Assembly: GCF_001194135.2 (NCBI RefSeq)
Contig: NC_068999.1
Coordinates: forward strand, 42,790,786-42,828,181
Source: Octopus bimaculoides
Taxonomy: Eukaryota
DNA length: 37,396 nt
Direction: 5' to 3'
The position numbers and the translations under genes were made by a program. This document shows, in pieces, positions 1-11,388 of this stretch. Every line of letters starts with the position of its first letter. Positions within the stretch are counted from its first letter, which is position 1. The notes under the pieces were generated by a model. It was given only the letters and a program-made list of their open reading frames with translations. It was not told where the DNA came from and did no database searches.

Positions 1-34
<34 letters not shown>

Positions 35-692
35 TGTGTATAAGTAGAATATGGGGGTTTAGTTAAGTAGTGATTTAAAAGAACAGGTTCGTTGGGTAAG
101 TGCTGTATCTGGATTCCAGGTCCGTAACTGAAACGGCAGTAATGGATCCATTTTAGTTTAGCACATATACATTTTTAAATTAAGAATAATATAGAATAAT
201 GTGTACGCCTTGAGATGCTTGTTATGCCTCGGCGTTTGATGACCTCTTTCACAAATATATACATGTATATATGTATGTATGTTTTATATACCTAACCATA
301 GCGTGCTTATTTGCTTATTCGCATCATTACCTCTCTCTTTCTCTCCCTCTCTCCGTCTTTTTCTCTATGTTTATGTATAAACACACATAGGTGTTTATAT
401 ATATATAGATTTATATATATATATAAATGTATGTATGTACACACACACACACATGATGGGAAGTTTATGTAAGTGAAGTGTATATTTCGTGTACCTCCAT
501 ATGTAAATATACGAGGTTATTCATCGCAAATACATACATCCTTTGCCTCTGTTTGTGTTTGGGTGGAGTGTGCGTACGCATGTGCAGTTAGCATTCTTCT
601 TTAGTTACAATTTTACTTTTACTTCATTTTATTTTAATTTTGTTTTGTTTCATTTCATTTTATTTTATTTCATTTTACCTCGTAACCAACAG

Positions 693-817
693 GAAATGAT
701 ACAGTAATGTCAATTGAGGAGAAAAACATTTCTGCAGTGAGGTTATTGGCCTTCGTACTAGCTACTAGACAATACTTCCAAGGAAAAGGACGAGCAGCAA
801 CTTCTCCAGACAGATAA
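693..817 (+). other. Candidate short coding exon (unidentified product)
   Basis: Pyrimidine tract plus AG (…tttcattttacctcgtaaccaacAG, 691-692), then a stop-free frame NDTVMSIEEKNISAVRLLAFVLATRQYFQGKGRAATSPDR ending TAA at 815-817. No recognised homology. Confidence 0.2.
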
Positions 818-1611
818 TTAAATATAATGGAAGAGAGAGAAAGAGAGAGAAACTGAAAGACAGAGAGAGAAAAATGAAAGAGAGGAAGAGTGGAAGAAAG
901 ACAGAAAGAAAGCGAGAAAGCGAGTGAAAAAGTAATCAGTGTTATTTTCTGTATGTTAAATATACTTGTAAGTCCTGGTATTTTTGCTATGTATGTGTCT
1001 TAATATATTATTACTATTATTATTATTATTATTATTTTCTTAGGCAAATATGCCTACACATAAGTATACTTCAATGTAGGTGTAAGAAAGCTACGGAACA
1101 ACGTAAGCACGTAATTACACGCCGCTTGTAGAAACAAACACACAGTGGGATATACATACATTCAGGTGTGTGCAGAGATATGCCTGCCTATAGATATACG
1201 CATATATACACTAAAATATACATACACATGTGTGTGTGTGTCGGTGAAACTTTGTCAGTCTCTCCCTCGCCTACTCTTTCTGTCTCTCTCTCACGCTCTC
1301 GGTCTTTGTATATACATACACTTACTATATATATATATATNNNNNNNNNNNNNNNNNNNNNNNNNNNNNNNNNNNNNNNNNNNNNNNNNNNNNNNNNNNN
1401 NNNNNNNNNNNNNNNNNNNNNNNNNNNNNNNNNNNNNNNNNNNNNNNNNNNNNNNNNNNNNNNNNNNNNNNNNNNNNNNNNNNNNNNNNCAAAAGTAGAC
1501 GCGCGCGCACCCCAAAATATCTATGTGTGTATTCTTGTGTGTAAGTGTGTATGTACACGCCTACAGGTGTATTTACAATTATAAAAGATTTTGTGGGGAG
1601 GGAAGTGGGGG

Positions 1612-1672
<61 letters not shown>
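1612..1672. repeat. (ATT)n microsatellite
   Basis: Perfect ATT run of about 20 units, seen directly. Confidence 0.95.
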
Positions 1673-1676
<4 letters not shown>

Positions 1677-1737
1677 GTACCAGTTGCGTACTGACCACGT
1701 CCTCCAAAATTTCGGGCCTTGTGCCTAGAGCAGAAAA
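1673..1737 (+). mobile_element. 3' fragment of tRNA-derived SINE (family 1, tail type B, internally deleted)
   Basis: taagtaccagttgcgtactg…ccaaaatttcgggccttgtgcctagagcagaaaag matches the tail of the copy at 11239-11388. Confidence 0.85.
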
Positions 1738-1779
1738 GGTTTTGTACCCCTCTGTGTACCGGTTGATATAAATATCTGC

Positions 1780-2200
1780 TATCACTCAAGGAATCGGTAA
1801 TAGAGGCCACGGTGCAAATATCAAGCTTTGTTAGACTCTTCATGTAAATATTTCGAACTCCATTGGAGACTTCATCACCATAAAAGTATAAAAGCAGCAG
1901 TTTTGGCGGTTACACCACCTGTTCCACTATGACTCCCTATCATATTCGTACACGCTCAGTAAATTCTTCTGGTCCTTCATGGAATGTACAGTTGCGTCCA
2001 GCCATGCCATGTTCGTAGAATTTACAATCCTTGCAGTGATGACAATTTACATAAATAAACGGTGCATGCTTTGAAATGGTTGACATAAATATACGCCAAA
2101 CCGTTGTCGTGTACTAACTGCTGATCTTGGCTGAGATGATTACCGCCAGTAGAACCTAGTTGCCAGATAAAAAAACCGTTGCCATGGGGTTAAATGAAAT
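1780..2200 (-). mobile_element. Possible very decayed Helitron Rep/helicase N-terminal remnant
   Basis: Minus-strand frames give NMIGSHSGTGG then, after a frameshift, PPKLLLLYFYGDE. This resembles the Helitron-associated motif HxIGSLLP…PPKFxQxYxYD. Multiple stops; the similarity is weak. Confidence 0.25.
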
Positions 2201-2622
2201 AGAATATTGACAAATAAGAGGAAAATTTGAAAGAAACCCTCGGAACCACATCGAGAACTAAATGCGGCCCACCATCCAGATTCGATCTCACAATTTATCC
2301 ATTGAACCTAGAAACTAAATTATGAAGGACAATTTTGTGACAGAGGTGTGTAAGTGTTTTATCGACCTTTAGTGTATAATAGATAATCCATAATTAGGGG
2401 GAAAAAGATTAATAAAAACAAAACAAAAACATTGATCGTTTAATAAGTGATCTGTTTTCCTTTGATCTGTTATAGATACGTTGTAATATCTAGTTCAGTG
2501 CTTCACCTACCACAAATATAAGGGTCGAGGGGTCAAGATAGATTTTTATCTTTGTATAGAATCTTTCTATGGAATCTTTCTATGGAATCTATGTAGCTCT
2601 CTCTCTTTCTTTCCTTCTCTCT

Positions 2623-2701
<79 letters not shown>

Positions 2702-3258
2702 TAGATNNNNNNNNNNNNNNNNNNNNNNNNNNNNNNNNNNNNNNNNNNNNNNNNNNNNNNNNNNNNNNNNNNNNNNNNNNNNNNNNNNNNNNNNNNNNNN
2801 NNNNNNNNNNNNNNNNNNNNNNNNNNNNNNNNNNNNNNNNNNNNNNNNNNNNNNNNNNNNNNNNNNNNNNNNNNNNNNNNNNNNNNNNNNNNNNNNNNNN
2901 NNNNNNNNNNNNNNNNNNNNNNNNNNNNNNNNNNNNNNNNNNNNNNNNNNNNNNNNNNNNNNNNNNNNNNNNNNNNNNNNNNNNNNNNNNNNNNNNNNNN
3001 NNNNNNNNNNNNNNNNNNNNNNNNNNNNNNNNNNNNNNNNNNNNNNNNNNNNNNNNNNNNNNNNNNNNNNNNNNNNNNNNNNNNNNNNNNNNNNNNNNNN
3101 NNNNNNNNNNNNNNNNNNNNNNNNNNNNNNNNNNNNNNNNNNNNNNNNNNNNNNNNNNNNNNNNNNNNNNNNNNNNNNNNNNNNNNNNNNNNNNNNNNNN
3201 NNNNNNNNNNNNNNNNNNNNNNNNNNNNNNNNNNNNNNNNNCATGCATATACATATAC

Positions 3259-3298
<40 letters not shown>

Positions 3299-3794
3299 CC
3301 AGTTTCACTAAATAAATATTTATGAGATCTATCTATCGTTCGCTTTGACAAAACACTGTTTGAGTTGTGTTTGTTCTTGTGTAGATACCTTAAACTATGA
3401 AGACCAGTCTTTCACCTTTCTTAAATTCAAGAATCGGTAGGGGTCAACATAGACTTTCATCTATCTATCTCATTGTCTCGTTAAATAATCTCCGTTATCC
3501 CCGTTGTCTCTTCAAAGGACATCATTATTTGGTAGTTCGCTTGAATAGGAAATGAAATGAAAGATCTTTGAAATCCCTTTTACTTCTTAGACAGGGCATA
3601 ACGAATTGCCGCCCCTAACATCACTTCATTAACCCGCTTAATAGTGGGGAATGAAGAAACTACGAATCTTGTATTGTTGGTAACCTTACTCAGGTCCCAA
3701 TACATACCACAACGAAAAGCCAGACATTCAGACTTTGCCTGTAGATGTCTCTCCAGATGCGTTCCTCAGGTGTACCGACTGTCGACGGAAAAGA

Positions 3795-3838
<44 letters not shown>

Positions 3839-3901
3839 GTTTTAACACTAGGTGCAATGATGAGAGTATCTTCTCTTGCGCCTAAATCAGTTATACCCAC
3901 T

Positions 3902-4413
3902 GTGAAGATCGTCCCGCCACCTATTGCTAGGAAGGGCATGCAGTGTTTCTTTGTCTGGTGACCTTCGCGAAAGAGTTTGTGTGGCGGACCAGATTGAAAG
4001 TACTGATGAAAGATACTTTGGGCAAGCAACCATCAACTTTTTAAAGTTCTAGTTGAAAACGAAAGTGAGAGTAGAGAGAGAGAAGCGCTGCTTCCAGGCA
4101 ATTTTGTTGGAAGGCGGGTGAACGTCACAAGAATGATCCGAGCGAACGGACCTACTTTAAGCACGCGCCTGTATGTTGAAAGATGATGTTGTGGAAAGGG
4201 TACTGGTCCTAGTGCTCAGGGTCACGATGGTTTTGTGGGGTCTCCACAAGCAGCCTGAGTAAGTCTCCCTCTTTCGGAAATTATTCATTGTTATAACTTT
4301 TTTTCATATTGTACTTGCTTATTGTTTTTACTTTTTACACGCCTTTTATGTAATCCCACATTGTATAACCCTGTACCGTCCACAATGTTTTTGTGGTTAA
4401 TAAAGAAAACATC
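3902..4413 (+). mobile_element. 3' end of Tx1/L1-like LINE (ORF2 C-terminus remnant, 3' UTR, polyA signal)
   Basis: Frameshifted translation VKIVPPP / CLVTFAKEFVWRTRLK / GQATINFLKF*LKTKVRVEREALLPGNFVGRRVNVTRMIRANGPTLSTRL, with TGA at 4184-4186 and AATAAA at 4399-4404 before a simple-repeat tail. Resembles octopus Tx1-like ORF2 C-termini as I recall them. Confidence 0.6.
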
Positions 4414-5236
4414 ATTATTATTATTATTGTTGTTGTTGTTGTTGTTGTTTTTATTATTATTATTATTTTCTCTTCTGTTTTTTTTTCTCTTTCACTTGTC
4501 ACTTGTTCTACCACATGCAAAGCTGAGTATCAAGTGGTGCCAACGAACTTCCATCATGCGTTAATAACAACAAACCGCCATACCATCAACCGTAACACCA
4601 CCATAACCACCAACCAGCGAAATACGAATAATGATAACAGTTATTATTTTTATTGCAGAAAGCAAAGGGAAATAACTGAGTGGCACAATGCATTTTGGCC
4701 AACGCAGTCATGGTTTTTACTGCTTACCTCCCTTCTCTAATTTAAGCACATGGAACAACGAGGGTTTTTCTACGGGTCTCGCGGCATGTTACAACCGGAA
4801 ATAATAGTTCAATAATAATAATAGTTAAATCTTTCAGGAACAAAATAATAGACACTGAATTGAATACCGAAGGACACATTCAACATTGTTTTCTTTCGCA
4901 TTAAAACAAATATGTAAATAAAATGTTATGGTCTCAATTGGAACACTTTTGATACTCGTAGTATTGAGAGAAGTCACATCTGGTGATAACTCCCGAGAAT
5001 ATAAGCACGAGGTAACACAGATTTGATCGTGGTTATAATGGATCACATCTTACTAATTTTGTGGACGGCAATTCTAATTTATCTAAGATGGAAATATAAA
5101 ATTTAAAGTCGACATATGTCGAATTCGAAACCAGAACACACGTATATCCAAGTGACTGACTCGTCTTTGTTCTCTTTTTGTAGCGCTTATCACTCTTGCT
5201 AAGCCAGTCGGATGTCACTAGTTGCTTCGCTTAGCC

Positions 5237-5301
5237 TTGCCTCGTTCTGTCTTACTTTGCCTCGTTCTGTCTTACTTTGCCTCGTTCTGTCTTACTTTGC
5301 C
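5237..5301. repeat. 20-bp tandem repeat x3.2 (TTGCCTCGTTCTGTCTTACT)
   Basis: Three identical units plus a partial unit, seen directly. Confidence 0.95.
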
Positions 5302-5462
5302 ATTGCTGGTAGCCATCAGTTTTAAGCGGAGTCATAGAGATGTCGTTCTCACATACGTTGAGCCTTGAGTATTGTCTGCTAGGCCACCTATCACCTGGTC
5401 CAGCTACACTTGATGCATTCCAGAAATTTAGACAGACGGAGAAGGGAGAAGATGAAGTTATC

Positions 5463-5600
5463 GTAAGTACACGAGTGATACTTTACTTATCGACCCAACA
5501 TTCCGACCCCCGTCTCAAAAATGGTGAAAACAAATCGATGTCGGCGTGATTTGAAATCACAGCGTCGACAGCTGGAACGATTACCGCAAAGCAATCAATC
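5463..5600 (-). mobile_element. Degenerate SINE (family 1)
   Basis: tactttacttatcgaccc…tcggcgtgatttgaaatcacag is a diverged reverse complement of the family-1 body at 11009-11234. Confidence 0.55.
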
Positions 5601-5686
5601 ATACGCCGTTAATAATTAATTACTCTCATTGTTAATATCAAATATTACACTAGCAAACTGTAGTTGACTCAGATTTAAGATAGGGC

Positions 5687-5752
5687 CAAATGATAAGATC
5701 GAATTTCATTGAAATCAGTCAAATGATAAGATCGAATTTCAATGAAATCAGT
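5687..5752. repeat. 33-bp tandem duplication containing the palindrome ATTTCA-W-TGAAAT
   Basis: caaatgataagatcgaatttca(t/a)tgaaatcagt occurs twice with one mismatch. Confidence 0.95.
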
Positions 5753-7099
5753 ATCCCCAAGTTTCATGCAGAACTGAAAATAATTTGAAATTTCGGTACA
5801 AGACAAACAATGGGGGGGGGGGGNNNNNNNNNNNNNNNNNNNNNNNNNNNNNNNNNNNNNNNNNNNNNNNNNNNNNNNNNNNNNNNNNNNNNNNNNNNNN
5901 NNNNNNNNNNNNNNNNNNNNNNNNNNNNNNNNNNNNNNNNNNNNNNNNNNNNNNNNNNNNNNNNNNNNNNNNNNNNNNNNNNNNNNNNNNNNNNNNNNNN
6001 NNNNNNNNNNNNNNNNNNNNNNNNNNNNNNNNNNNNNNNNNNNNNNNNNNNNNNNNNNNNNNNNNNNNNNNNNNNNNNNNNNNNNNNNNNNNNNNNNNNN
6101 NNNNNNNNNNNNNTATATATATGAGTATGTATATATGTATATGTGTATATATATTTTTATATATGTATGTATGTGTGCATGGTGTGTGCGAGTGTGTTTG
6201 TGTAAAGACTGTTGTATGAGGAGTTTTTAAATGCCAGGTAAAATTTCTTGATTCGAGATATAGAAAAAAGCCAAAAAAAAATGAAAAGCGAACCGCACTG
6301 TGAGCATGCTTCAGTTGGTGTGATTGCGAAGAGAGAGTGTGTAAACTTTCATTTGCATTATCGTTTCGTTATGTTTGCTACAGATCACAAGATGATCAGT
6401 CGAAAAACGCCATCTTTGCTCAGAGGGAATAAATGACAGAGGGGTGAAAATAAAACTAAAAACACACAGTAAATAGTAATAATAAAAAGCCATTGGTTTT
6501 TTCCTTTTTTTTTTTTTGTGGTCTTCGGATTAGTAGATTAATCATGACAGGGCTACGGTATGTTTTTATGTTACGAACTTTTCTGATTCCCGGCGTTGAA
6601 TATTGTATTACCGACAGAGCTGGAGGTAACATGAAATATATATATAAAAAAAAGAGCGTTATAAACGGATAATTTAAACAAGCTGATAACATCATTAGAT
6701 CTCATGTATACGGGTAAAAATAAAGAACAAAAGATAGGTGAATAAATATATAATAAATAAAATAAATAGGCTTCGAGTAGGCCCAATCAGTGATATATCT
6801 ACTATTGATTTTATAATAAAATTGACGGCTGTTAGATATATAAAACACATCTACAATATCAAACAGACATGTCGTCTAAATGCGCAACTTTGCTGTTATG
6901 GAAGCGTTAATACGGCTCGGAATAGCTGTAGGGTGTGGTAGTGTCGGAAGGTGCCGGAGGTTGCCGGAAGATACCGAAACTTGTCATCTGCAGACCATTC
7001 GACAGGTGATAAAAGAAATATCCAGCAGTCTTAAATGTGTGTATATCGAAATATAAAACGAAATAAGGACATAAAACAACATGATATATGTGTGTGTGT

Positions 7100-7142
<43 letters not shown>

Positions 7143-7577
7143 GACATAGACGCACGCGCGCGTACACACAGACACATATATGTGCATATTTATACATATA
7201 TATATATATTCATATATGCAGACATATATGTGTATGTATGGTTGTTTGTGTGTGTGTGTATTTGTTTGTATGTATATGTATGTACGTATGTAATTATCAA
7301 TGTATGTAATCGTTTCGATGTAGAAAGGGGAAAAAAGATGGCGTATAGTTTATAAATTCTTTCGCAAAACGTTAATACAAAGATTTCCTGCTATGTGCGA
7401 TTCTCCAGGTGATTTGAATATGAAGAATCATAATGCGTATGCAAACATACACACACACACGCACACATGTGCAATAATCTGTGTGTGTGTGTGTGTGTGT
7501 GTTTGTGAGTGTTTGTTATGTATTTACATGAAGAATTGTGATTTTGACTTCGAAGTTCAGGCGTACTAGACTTCATC

Positions 7578-7619
7578 GGACTGTCTGACGCAGGAAGCCA
7601 GTCTGAAATTTCGAAGTCC
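7578..7619 (+). ncRNA. Degenerate minimal type-I hammerhead-like motif (Penelope-like element type)
   Basis: GGACUGU-CUGACGC-A-GGA[AGCCAG]UCU-GAAA-UUUC-GAAGUCC. Helix I (GGAC/GUCC) and a 3-bp helix II can form; the core has A9>C. Confidence 0.35.
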
Positions 7620-7732
7620 CTGTCATCGCTCTTCTTTGAAAAGTATTACTAATATGTGCTCCAGAAAGAAGTGTCCAATATTTATTCACTTTATTGTAAT
7701 TTCTTTTTTTATTGTGTCTCGACATAAGAAGA

Positions 7733-7825
7733 GAACTGTTAGCACACCGGACAAAATTAAGTTCTGAGTTCAAATTCCACCAAGGTGGACCTTGCGTTTT
7801 ATTCTGTTGGGGGTCGATAAATTTT
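7733..7825 (+). mobile_element. Partial SINE (family 1)
   Basis: gttctgagttcaaattccaccaaggtggaccttgc…ggggtcgataaatt matches the family-1 B-box region. Confidence 0.8.
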
Positions 7826-8926
7826 GTATTTTGTCACTTACCAAATATTACACGGATTTGATTACTTTTGTTAAGTACAATATGTTGTAGTCAAGGATTC
7901 ACTCGTTATTCTACATTGCGTCGTAAATGCTTTTTTTATTATGTCACAAATGTTGTTTGTACATGTATGTATAGTTGAAACTACCAACATATATGCATAT
8001 TTACGTATGGGAACATAATCTTACAAACAGGTTACTTACATTTTCAGAAGGTTGTCAAGGGACAGCAGATTGAGTTCAAGAAAAAAAGCTGTTCCTGTAC
8101 GACGTATTTGACAGATTTCTCGTAAAGGATGCACACGTACATCACAAGCCTTAGTATTTATATTCGCTACAAAAGTTCTCAAAGAACACTATTTCTTATA
8201 AGGACATGAGCAGATATCAGCACAATTTGGTGTTCTTAAATTTCAATCTGCAATTTCAAATAATTTCTGCTTTTTGCTTTGCTAAATCACGACGTGAAGT
8301 ATTTTTATTGTGAGGTGTTATCTGAAGACAAGTGTTGGAGTAGTTGTCCCAAGTCAGTTATTCGGTGAAGTTTCTCACATACCTGATTATTCTTATCGCT
8401 GTTTAGTCCGTCAAGCTCGGATTAGAATAAAAATGCAGAAATGTCTTATAAATGTTGCGATGCGCGACGAATCATCAGAGTTTATGAACATTAAAAGATT
8501 AGTTAGGCATTATGACACAAAGCAGAGAGCAGAATGAACTTTCAAATTTAAAAAAATAAACAGAGCACCTATGAAGAGACACTGCTACAGCAAAAAAACA
8601 GAGACGCTGCTGGATAATTTAGAAAGCTTCAAACTGTTATTCATATGACGCATCACGAGACGAACAAGACATCAGAATGTACTTTCAACTAAAAAAAAAA
8701 AAAAAAAAAAACTAAACAGAATGACGCCAGCTCAAATCGAATGATTTAGAAAGTAAATCGCATAAAGTGAAACGAATTCAACTGCATCAAACGCTAAAGT
8801 GTTACTCGCAAAGAAATGTATACATACAAAGACAGGTAGCATATTATTTATATTGATAACATAGTGACTGAAACCACTGAGTTTCCATCATACACTAATA
8901 TTAAAACTTACATGCACACATACATA

Positions 8927-9140
8927 TTCTTTCCTGTTTTAGGCACATGGCCCAAAAGTTTTCAGAAGGGGGCTAGTCGATTAGATAGACTCCAGTACGC
9001 AACTGGTACTTAATTTATCGATCCCGAAAGGATGAAAGGCAAAGTCGATCTCGGCGGAATTTGAACTCAGAACGTAAAAACAGACGAAATACCGTTAAGT
9101 ATTTCGCCTGGCGTGCTAACGTTTCTGCCACCTCGCCGCC
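8927..9140 (-). mobile_element. Full-length tRNA-derived SINE (family 1, tail B)
   Basis: The reverse complement begins ggcggcgaggtggcagaaacgttag (A-box-like), contains gagttcaaattcc (B-box), and aligns along its length with 11009-11388. Confidence 0.92.
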
Positions 9141-9303
9141 TTAATACAAATATACCCATTGAAGCAACAGGATACATATGAACCAGCCGACAGCAAAGTA
9201 TGGCTGAACTTTGGTTCTTAGAGAGAGAACACAAATCCTTAATTCATATTCTACAAATGATCAAGGTATCCGGGACTATAAAAAGATGGAAAANNNNNNN
9301 NNN

Positions 9304-9420
9304 GGTAGGTAGGTAGGTAGGTAGGTAGATAGGTAGGTAGGTAGGTAGTAGGTAGGTAGGTAAATAGATAGATAGATAGGTAGGTAGGTAGGTAGGTAGG
9401 TAGGTAGGTAGGTCGGCAGG
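9304..9420. repeat. (GGTA)n/(GATA)n tetranucleotide microsatellite
   Basis: Seen directly. Confidence 0.95.
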
Positions 9421-9933
9421 CAGGTAGATAAGTAGGGCGGTTTGTAGGTAGGTAATTGTATATAAGTATGTGATGGGTGTGCTTGTGTCTGTACTAAATT
9501 GCATTGGTCAACGTTGAGTGGCACTTAGCAATGAAAAATGTATTCTGAGACATCATGCTGTGTCTCAAGTGCTGTATGTCGGAATTTTCATCGAGTTACG
9601 TATATCCTCAACTAAAAGAAAGTTTAACAACAAAAATTATTTTAAAAAATTAACATAAAAATAATGGATTGAAAATAGTTTGAAAAATAAAATTGTTAGG
9701 ATTGACATCAGGACTTCAAATAAAAGATAAAATCTAAGTAGTTCTAAGCAAGGAAATATGTCTCGACGTTTCTAGAATATAATTAGGAATATACCTGCCT
9801 TTTCAAATATATAAGTGTTTGTGTGGATGTGGATGCGTGTGTGCGTGCGTTTGTATATTCATGTACGTATCTATTTCTCCATTTCTCTCTCTTCATATAT
9901 ATTTATATAGATAGATACGTGTGCATGTGTGTA

Positions 9934-9937
<4 letters not shown>

Positions 9938-10004
<67 letters not shown>
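9938..10004. repeat. (GA)n microsatellite
   Basis: Seen directly. Confidence 0.95.
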
Positions 10005-10008
<4 letters not shown>

Positions 10009-10410
10009 GATTAAACAGTTTGCTTACGAACATTTTGCTTACAAATATGTAGCTGTGTGTATGTAGACATAAGGCACAAATATATACGCATATGTCACAT
10101 ATATCTATTAATATATATTCGAATATTTTACACACACACGCACAGATATATATATATATATATATATATCTATATATATAATTGCCTGTGTGCTCGTGGT
10201 GTGTCTGTATTTGCATATGTATATTCTTTCCGGCAACTCCCAATTGCTAAATATCAACATCTGTTTGTGTAAGAACAGCTGAACGTTTGTTTAAGTTCAT
10301 GAAATACTTTGTCGCTTGCTGTAGCCATGATATCATTATGGATTCACGACGGGATCCAAATGGCCTCAGAAAATATGTAACAATTACAATGTTTCAAGAC
10401 CGATTCCTTC

Positions 10411-10643
10411 TTAACATCGGTCGTTCTTTTCTGCTCTGTTGAAATATCACTGAGTTTGTTGCAATCAATTACGAATGTAATGAAGAATTTAGTGAAATGA
10501 CTTTGTAATTGTTAAACTAGTAATTTGAACATAAATTGACACGAAATTGTGACGGAAGGTTTTAGTTTATATCTCATTAAAATGATGAAGTTTGTATCAT
10601 GGCAACAGCGACGGTCTCGGGTAGTTTGGTTTGAACGAATTGA
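10411..10643 (+). mobile_element. About 230-bp dispersed repeat, probable MITE (copy 1)
   Basis: Aligns by eye with the reverse complement of 36197-36431 (gttgaaata, caatta.gaa…gaagaatt, aactagtaa/aactggcg, gaaatt.tga.ggaa, aagtttgtatca). Confidence 0.65.
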
Positions 10644-11008
10644 TACGAACTCGTTTTGTGAAATTTAAGATTTAGATTACAATTTAAACTCCAGATAATC
10701 AGTGTTTAGCATTCTATGTGAATTTCCGTTCGTGTTAGAGTATTTGTATGTTTTAGGTTGAATCCGGTGTTTGGGTGTATCACAGAATACATGTTTAAAA
10801 AAACAAAATATGAGCGATTGTATATTATTCATTTAATTACATCATATTACGTGAACTTCATTAACATAAAGTGATTATGAGTTATATAATATAAATGATA
10901 TATGCGAGATCTATTGTAAAATCATCAGAGACGAGTAATTACATATGTAACTTTATTGAACTATGACAAACTTCCTGTTTTAAAATGATTAATTTTAAAC
11001 CTTCCAGA

Positions 11009-11234
11009 GGGCTGCGAGCTGGCAGAATCGTTAGTACGCCAGTCGAAATGCTTAGCGGTATTTCGTCTGCCGTTACGTTCTGAGTTCAAATTGCGCCCAA
11101 GGTCGACTTTGCTTGTCATCCTCCTTGGGGTCGATTAAATAAGTACCAGTTACGCACTGGGGTCGATGTAATCGACTTAATCCCTTTATGTGTCCTTGTT
11201 TGTCGCCTCTATATTTAGCCCGTTGTGGGAAATA
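11009..11234 (+). mobile_element. Full-length tRNA-derived SINE (family 1, tail A), first unit of a dimer
   Basis: A-box-like TGGCAGAATCGTTAG, B-box GAGTTCAAAT, body ggggtcgattaaataagtaccagt, tail ttaatccctttatgtgtccttgtttgtc…gtggg. Confidence 0.92.
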
Positions 11235-11238
11235 TTTT

Positions 11239-11388
11239 TTTACGTTCTGAGTTCAAACTCCGCCGAAGTCGACTTTGCTTTTCATCCTTTCGGGGTCGTT
11301 AAATTAAGTAGCAGTTGCGTACTGAGATTGATCTAATCGACTGGCCCCCTCCCACCAAATTTCGGGTCTTGTGCCTAGAGTAGAAAAG
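11239..11388 (+). mobile_element. 5'-truncated SINE (family 1, tail B), second unit of the dimer
   Basis: Starts at ttacgttctgagttcaaac and ends …gtgcctagagtagaaaag. The 17-bp direct repeat AATTTTAAACCTTCCAG at 10991-11007 and 11389-11405 flanks both units. Confidence 0.92.

Noticed and set aside
8383-8415. Minus-strand donor CAG|GTATGT with possible micro-exon LDGLNSDKNNQ
   Set aside because: It needs a rare GAG acceptor, and such sites occur by chance at this sequence length.
9755-9810. Minus-strand GAAACGUC motif
   Set aside because: There is no upstream CUGANGA-like core or helix II.
11009-11100. tRNA gene (A and B boxes present)
   Set aside because: No cloverleaf can be completed, and the boxes continue into a multi-copy SINE body. 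The same holds for all other A/B-box hits.
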